From positions 264,722 through 328,721 of the forward strand of contig CBFHTA010000001.1 of the NCBI GenBank assembly GCA_965658655.1: a stretch of 64,000 nt of DNA, written 5' to 3'. The translations under genes were made by a program, and so were the position numbers. The DNA comes from Candidatus Babelota bacterium. GTDB taxonomy: Bacteria > Babelota > Babeliae > Babelales > CAIQNR01. The notes beneath the pieces were generated by a model. The model saw nothing but the letters and a program-made list of their open reading frames with translations. It was not told the origin of the DNA and did not search any database. Below are positions 58,191-64,000 of the stretch, piece by piece (the stretch's first letter is position 1; the number at the start of each line of letters is the position of its first letter).

Positions 58191-60764
58191 ATGAAAGGGG
58201 CACGTATGCACGAGCAAGGAGAGGTTGTACCACAGGTACCACTTCACGCACAGAAAAGTGAGCAGGAAAGAGAAGTAAAGCACTCTTCTATTGATAAGGC
58301 GGCTCTTTTTACCATTAATAAAAAAGATGGTGAAGGCGTTCCTTTCAATCGAGAAAAAGTATATTTGACTCTTAAGCGGGCTTGCAAAGGCTTAGAGGAC
58401 GATGTTGTTGTTGACTTGATAATGCAAGAGGTCACTAAAAATTTATATGATCAAGCATCAACTAAAGAAGTAGAAGACGCCCTTATATTGGCTGCTATTG
58501 CTTTTATTGAAAAGGATCCAGCTTATAGTAAAGTTGGTTCTCGTCTATTGCTCCAAAAGCTTTCTAAGGAAGTTTTTGGAAATTCTATTACGCAAGAGAC
58601 TTATGGACAGCATTATTATCGTTCTTTTATAGAAGGTATTCAATTAGGGGTAGAAAACGATATTTTTGATAAAGGTTTACTTGAGTTTGATCTTGAGTTG
58701 CTTGCTTCAAAGCTTGTTTTAGAGAGAGACGACATAATTGAATATTTGGGTCTATTTAACTTGTATGAACGTTATTTCTCCAAAGTTAAAGGTCGTCGTA
58801 TCGAGCTGCCTCAAATGTTCTGGATGCGTACAGCTATGGGTCTTGCTATGCAAGAAAAAGAAAATCGCAATGAACTGGCCATGGAGTTCTACGACATTAT
58901 GTCGGAACTTTATTATGTTCCATCGACACCCACTTTATTGCATTCTGGTGGTACTCATCCCCAATTGAGTTCTTGCTTTTTAACCACAATTGGCGATGAT
59001 TTGGATCATATTTTTAAATGTTATGGTGATAACGCTCAAATGGCACGTTGGTCTGGTGGTGTTGCTAATGATTGGACTCCGCTGCGTGGTACCGGTGCCT
59101 ATATTAAGAGTATTAAGTCTCCTGGGCAAGGTGTAGTACCATTTTTAAAAGTTGCTAATGATGTGAATGCTGCTATTAACCGTAGTGGTCGTCGTAGAGG
59201 AGCAACAGTTGCTTATCTTGAGACTTGGCATTATGACATTGAAGATTTTTTAGATTTACGTAGAAATACAGGTGATGAACGTCGTCGTACGCATGACATG
59301 AACACTGCAAATTGGATTCCAGATTTGTTCATGAAGCGTGTTATGCAAGATAAGCAGTGGACACTTTTCTCTCCAGACGAAGTACCAGATTTGCATGATT
59401 TGTATGGTCAAGCATTTGAAAAGCGTTATGAAGAGTACGAAATGCTGGCAGATCAAGGAAAAATAGAACTGACTAAAAAAGTAAAAGCAGTTGAGTTATG
59501 GCGTAAAATGCTTACTCGATTGTTTGAAACTGGTCATCCATGGTTAACTTTTAAAGATCCATGTAATGTTCGATCTCCTCAAGATCATGCGGGTGTAGTT
59601 CATAGTTCAAACTTGTGTACAGAAATTACTTTGAATACTTCAGCAGAAGAAACAGCGGTATGTAATTTAGGTTCTGTGAACTTAGGTAAACATGTTATTA
59701 ATGGTGAATTTGATCAGCAACTGCTTGGTAAAACTATTAAAACTGCTATTCGTATGCTCGACAATGTGATTGATATTAATTTCTATCCAACAAAAGAGGG
59801 TAGAACTTCTAATATGCGACATCGTCCTATTGGATTAGGTATGATGGGCTTTCAAGATGCATTGTTTAAAATGAATATTAGTTTTTCATCTCAAGAAGCT
59901 CTTGATTTTGCAGATAAAACAACAGAGATGTTCTCTTACTACGCTATTCTATCTTCTTCTCAATTAGCTAAAGAACGTGGAACTTACAGCTCTTACAAGG
60001 GTTCAAAGTGGGACAGGAATATCTTCCCTGTTGATACTATGGATCTTCTTGAGAAAGAGCGTGGACTTAAAATTGAAGTGTCTCGCACTGAGCACTTAGA
60101 TTGGGCTCCTGTTCGTGAGCATGTTAAGGCGCATGGTATGAGAAACTCAAATACCATGGCAATTGCACCAACCGCGACGATCTCTAACATTTCTGGTTGT
60201 TTCCCATGTATTGAGCCGATTTACAAGAATTTGTATGTAAAGGCAAATATGGGTGGTGAGTTTACTGTTACCAATAAATACTTAGTTCAAGATTTGAAAA
60301 AAGAAAATCTATGGAATCAAGAAATGCTTGATTTAATTAAGTATTATGATGGTTCAGTTGAAAAGATAGATTCAATTCCAGAGTATTTACGTAACAAGTA
60401 TGCAGAGGCATTTGAACTTGATCCACTATGGATGGTTGAGATAGCAGCTGCGCGTGGAAAATGGTTAGATCAAAGTCAATCATACAATGTGTTTGTTCGT
60501 GGTGTATCTGGTAAAATTCTTGACTCTGTGTACAAAAAAGCGTGGGAAAAAGGCTTAAAATGTACCTATTATCTACGTTCACTTGGTGCGAGTCAAATTG
60601 AAAAATCTACACTCGACGCTAAAAAGTTTGGATATACACAAAAGCGTGATTACAAAAAAGTTGAAGAAAGTAACACTTCTTCAGAAGAAGTAAAAACAGT
60701 ACCTGCATCTCAAGTACAAAGCGCTTGTAGTCTTATAGAACCAGATTGTGAAGCATGTCAGTAA
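58191..60764 (+). CDS. nrdA: Ribonucleoside-diphosphate reductase alpha subunit with ATP cone
   Basis: SSCFL, SNLCTEI, AVCNLGS, APTATIS, TYYLRS, C-terminal CEACQ. Confidence 0.97.
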   Translation: MKGARMHEQGEVVPQVPLHAQKSEQEREVKHSSIDKAALFTINKKDGEGVPFNREKVYLTLKRACKGLEDDVVVDLIMQEVTKNLYDQASTKEVEDALILAAIAFIEKDPAYSKVGSRLLLQKLSKEVFGNSITQETYGQHYYRSFIEGIQLGVENDIFDKGLLEFDLELLASKLVLERDDIIEYLGLFNLYERYFSKVKGRRIELPQMFWMRTAMGLAMQEKENRNELAMEFYDIMSELYYVPSTPTLLHSGGTHPQLSSCFLTTIGDDLDHIFKCYGDNAQMARWSGGVANDWTPLRGTGAYIKSIKSPGQGVVPFLKVANDVNAAINRSGRRRGATVAYLETWHYDIEDFLDLRRNTGDERRRTHDMNTANWIPDLFMKRVMQDKQWTLFSPDEVPDLHDLYGQAFEKRYEEYEMLADQGKIELTKKVKAVELWRKMLTRLFETGHPWLTFKDPCNVRSPQDHAGVVHSSNLCTEITLNTSAEETAVCNLGSVNLGKHVINGEFDQQLLGKTIKTAIRMLDNVIDINFYPTKEGRTSNMRHRPIGLGMMGFQDALFKMNISFSSQEALDFADKTTEMFSYYAILSSSQLAKERGTYSSYKGSKWDRNIFPVDTMDLLEKERGLKIEVSRTEHLDWAPVREHVKAHGMRNSNTMAIAPTATISNISGCFPCIEPIYKNLYVKANMGGEFTVTNKYLVQDLKKENLWNQEMLDLIKYYDGSVEKIDSIPEYLRNKYAEAFELDPLWMVEIAAARGKWLDQSQSYNVFVRGVSGKILDSVYKKAWEKGLKCTYYLRSLGASQIEKSTLDAKKFGYTQKRDYKKVEESNTSSEEVKTVPASQVQSACSLIEPDCEACQ

Positions 60765-60787
60765 TTTAAAAAAATAAGAGGTCTACT

Positions 60788-61807
60788 ATGGAAAATAGTA
60801 AAGATATTAATCAATCTGGGATCATTTGTAATACTACAACTGATCCTAATAAAATTCTTCCTATGCGTTATTTATGGGCTCGTCAACATTATCAAGATGG
60901 TGTAGCTAATAACTGGACTCCTGAAGAAGTTTCAATGCAAAAAGATGTTGAGCAATGGAAAGATCCAAAGTGCTTAACAGAAGATGAACGCCGTATGATG
61001 TTATGGAATCTTGGTTTTTTTTCTACAGCAGAATCTTTAACTGCAAATAACTTAGTACTTGCAGTATATAGACATATAACCAATCCAGAATGTCGTCAGT
61101 ATTTGCTACGTCAGGCATATGAAGAAGCGGTTCATACAGATACCTTTATTTATGTGTGTGATTCGTTAGCTCTTGATCCTGATGAAATTTACAACATGTA
61201 TGAGACTATTCCTTCCATTGAAGAAAAAGATAATTTTGTTATTAATTTAACTAAATCTATCTTTGATCCTAACTTTGAAATTACAGATCTCAAGTCTATG
61301 CAAATGTTTGTGCATGACCTTGTGGGGTACTATGTAATTATGGAAGGTATCTTCTTTTATGCAGGGTTTGCCATGATGTTGGCTCTTAAGCGTCAAAATA
61401 AGATGATTGGTATTGGTGAGCAGTTTGAATATATTATGCGAGACGAAAGCATTCATTTAGCATTTGGTTGTGACTTAATCAATACTATTAAAAAAGAAAA
61501 TCCAGCTTTGTGGACCCAAGAATTTCAAGATAATATTGTTGAGTTAATTAAAAAAGCTGTTGAGCTTGAAGCGCAATATGCTATTGATGCTTGTCCGCGT
61601 GGATTACTTGGTATCAGTAATGATCAATTTGTGAATTACGTAAAACATATTGCTGATCGTCGTTTAGAACGTATTGGTTTGCCAAAAGTATATAACGAAG
61701 AAAATCCATTCCCATGGATGTCTCAAGCAACAGATTTAAGCAAAGAGAAAAACTTCTTTGAATCTCGTGTAACAGAATACAGAACAGGCGGTTCATTAGA
61801 GTGGTAA
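60788..61807 (+). CDS. nrdB: Ribonucleoside-diphosphate reductase beta subunit, class Ic (Mn/Fe)
   Basis: FFSTAESL, EEAVHTDTF, MEGIFFYAGF, RDESIH, NFFE.RVTEY. Confidence 0.95.
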   Translation: MENSKDINQSGIICNTTTDPNKILPMRYLWARQHYQDGVANNWTPEEVSMQKDVEQWKDPKCLTEDERRMMLWNLGFFSTAESLTANNLVLAVYRHITNPECRQYLLRQAYEEAVHTDTFIYVCDSLALDPDEIYNMYETIPSIEEKDNFVINLTKSIFDPNFEITDLKSMQMFVHDLVGYYVIMEGIFFYAGFAMMLALKRQNKMIGIGEQFEYIMRDESIHLAFGCDLINTIKKENPALWTQEFQDNIVELIKKAVELEAQYAIDACPRGLLGISNDQFVNYVKHIADRRLERIGLPKVYNEENPFPWMSQATDLSKEKNFFESRVTEYRTGGSLEW

Positions 61808-61915
61808 CATCTTTTGTTTAAGCAACGCTGACGGTTACACTTTTATTATTGAGTTTATCTATAAGAGCAGAAGCATGTAATGTTTCTGCTCTTTATTTTC
61901 TAGCAGAACCGTGTG

Positions 61916-62794
61916 CTACCGGTACCAATTGTTATTTTGTTTATACGGGATTCCCTTGCCTTCTAAGAAATCTGTTCTGTTTTGCTCGCGTACAATTCTA
62001 TCGGTTTCTCTTTTTTTTTCTTCTCTTGCTTTTTTTTCTTTTACTTCTTTTTCTGCTCTTTCTCTTTCTTCTTTATTTCGTCTTTTTTGTGCGTTACTTT
62101 CTCCTTGTTTTCCTAGAGAGGGAAAGTCTTTATTAAATTGAGGATCTACAGTTTTGCTCTTATCATCAAAATATCGCTCCAGTTGAATAGTGCTTTGTTT
62201 AGGATGTGGTAGTGCCGGTTTAGAGGGACGCCCAGAATCACAGGAGAATTGAGACATTGCTAACATAGAAACACTTTCTCCTGAGCATGGAGTATGGTGA
62301 TTTTGACTTTGTCTTTCTTCACGTTTTGTTCTTTGACTATGTTGTTTTTTGTCAAAACATTTTTGTTTACTATTGGGATGGACAAGAGGATGGAATTTCT
62401 TTGTTTTTTGTGCTGCAGGTGGTAGATGTGTTTGAGGTTTTTCTGTTTCTTCGAGAGTATTGCGGCTGCTTATTTCGGGGATATGAGCTTTTTTCTTTTT
62501 TTTTTCTTCTCTCTTTTCTTCAGCTATTTTCGCTGCTAATTTGTGTAATATGATGGGGTCTTCGGCTTCCTCATCACTATCATCTAAAATTAAAGCTCCA
62601 AATGGATTGTTACTGAAACGATCTTCGTTTGTGAGAAGGGGTGTTTTTGGAAAAAATTTTTTTTCTAATGTTGCTTTATCTGAGGGTGTCATATAAGTTT
62701 GCCCATTGATTCTGTTACCACCACGACCTTTTCTATGTCTTCCACATTCAAGAGAAAAGGGCAGTAATAAAATAAAAAGAAAATATTTATTCAT
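61916..62794 (-). CDS. Secreted low-complexity Lys/Glu/Arg-rich protein
   Basis: MNKYFLFILLLPFSLEC signal; charged coiled-coil segments. Confidence 0.75.
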   Translation of the reverse strand: MNKYFLFILLLPFSLECGRHRKGRGGNRINGQTYMTPSDKATLEKKFFPKTPLLTNEDRFSNNPFGALILDDSDEEAEDPIILHKLAAKIAEEKREEKKKKKAHIPEISSRNTLEETEKPQTHLPPAAQKTKKFHPLVHPNSKQKCFDKKQHSQRTKREERQSQNHHTPCSGESVSMLAMSQFSCDSGRPSKPALPHPKQSTIQLERYFDDKSKTVDPQFNKDFPSLGKQGESNAQKRRNKEERERAEKEVKEKKAREEKKRETDRIVREQNRTDFLEGKGIPYKQNNNWYR

Positions 62795-62900
62795 AGATTA
62801 AATTCCATTGTAAAAAAAGCGCATATATTTTAATTCATTACGAGTCATTGTAGGATACATGCGTTTTTCTGTAAAATTGTATTGGTGTTTTATGCGATTT

Positions 62901-63215
62901 TTAGATTTTTTCTTTTGAAAGTGCCTCAATAGAGCTTTGTGTTTGTTTATTAAACGGCCTTTTGAGTGTTATAGAAAAACGTGTCAAATGGGGTCTTTCG
63001 TTCTTAGAGGTACATTCTCTTGCCCTACCAGTATCTGTTTTTTGTTGTTCAAGTAACACTTTAAGATGAGAAGATACTTCTGATGATAGAGGAAAAAATA
63101 CATTAAAAAGAAATGATTCAAGTTTCTCTCTGTTTAATTCTGTTGATGGCTCTACACTATATATTGTCACAGAGTAGCTCAGTGTAAGCAGTATAATCCA
63201 TATGATTTTTTTCAT
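62901..63215 (-). CDS. Small secreted hypothetical protein
   Basis: MKKIIWIILLTLSYSVTIYS signal peptide. Confidence 0.7.
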   Translation of the reverse strand: MKKIIWIILLTLSYSVTIYSVEPSTELNREKLESFLFNVFFPLSSEVSSHLKVLLEQQKTDTGRARECTSKNERPHLTRFSITLKRPFNKQTQSSIEALSKEKI

Positions 63216-63297
63216 ACCTATTTCCTATAATAATTAAATTAATATTTTTAAGTTAGAATAATAGAGTATTATGGATTTGTTTTAAACAATATGTTTT

Positions 63298-64000
63298 TTA
63301 TTCGCTAACAGATAGTACAGAGAAGCGATTAGTAGACGATCTTTTTTCTTTCAGCTTAGTAAGTTCTTTAAGAGCAAGAACACCAAGGTTGCTGCTATTA
63401 TCTTCTTTTTTCTTTGGCATAGCTCTTTTTTGAGAAAATACAAGATTCTGCTTTGACTTACGTTTTAAAGCTATAATAACTGCATTTGAAGTTGTGTGGT
63501 GTTTTTCTACTACCCATGCAATACAGACAGGGCTTGAAGAATGAGCGATAGCATCTAAATCTTTATCAAACGAAGTTTTAGATTCAATAAAACGTTTTTT
63601 ATGTTCATTTTCTATAGGTCCATATTTTTCTACAAGAAGACTAGCTACTTTTTTTGGACCGATTCCATATTTTTTTTGTACTTGATTAATCGTGATTTCT
63701 TTAGCATTAATAGCAGCTAAATCTTTGTCTAGTTCTATATAAGAATCGACTTTTTTTTTTCTTTTTTTTTCTTTTTCTATGTTTAAGTGCTTTTTTTAAT
63801 GAACTTTTTGTAGAACCTGATTCTTGAAATGGTTCTAATGAGGTTAATTCTTTTTTTAATATAGAGTCTTTTACCACAGTTAATGGGGGAGAAGTGACTT
63901 CACAGCCACTATCATTGTTGATTGACGCAGCGCGATTAGGTGAAGCTTCTAATGATGATTCACTTCCAATATTGCATTCGACAAGATTAGATTGTGATGG
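63298..64000 (-). pseudogene. 3' part of a hypothetical gene split by a frameshift in an A10 run
   Basis: Open frame from the window edge to ...KHRKRKKKKKK; a second open frame VDSYIELDKD...LSVSE* continues from 63750 to 63298. Confidence 0.7.

Noticed and set aside
61849..62553. Phe/Leu-rich plus-strand ORFs resembling membrane proteins
   Set aside because: Antisense of the Lys/Glu-rich gene 61916-62794.

Overview
AT-rich bacterial chromosome segment with no rRNA, CRISPR array, IS or integrase. It mixes housekeeping genes (secA, galE, hisS, bamD, tamB, rluD, mgtE, tRNA-Lys, tRNA-Glu, mutL, prmC, rnhB, rpsF-rpsR, truA, gpmI, rsmE, tsaB, ruvX, murE, hppA, mltA, nrdAB) with many signal-peptide-bearing orphan proteins, including ankyrin and LRR proteins. 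This gene content fits an intracellular parasite of protists, most likely Ca. Dependentiae/Babelota (TM6); that assignment is inference, not a database result. Main observations: (1) three tandem secreted ankyrin proteins ending in a U-box/SP-RING-like domain, next to a GspE/PilB ATPase, with repeat expansion, a recombination patch and a perfect 33-bp inverted repeat; (2) a secreted proline-rich protein with WH2-like, central (DVATIL) and acidic-Trp motifs in WAVE/WASP order, a candidate Arp2/3 activator mimic, encoded behind an outer-membrane barrel; (3) two LRR surface proteins followed by a beta-barrel gene, one with an amber stop in its signal peptide; (4) a Chlamydia-type class Ic Mn/Fe ribonucleotide reductase; (5) an uncalled 59-aa zinc-ribbon gene and a homopolymer-frameshifted gene with an NLS-like basic run at the right edge.
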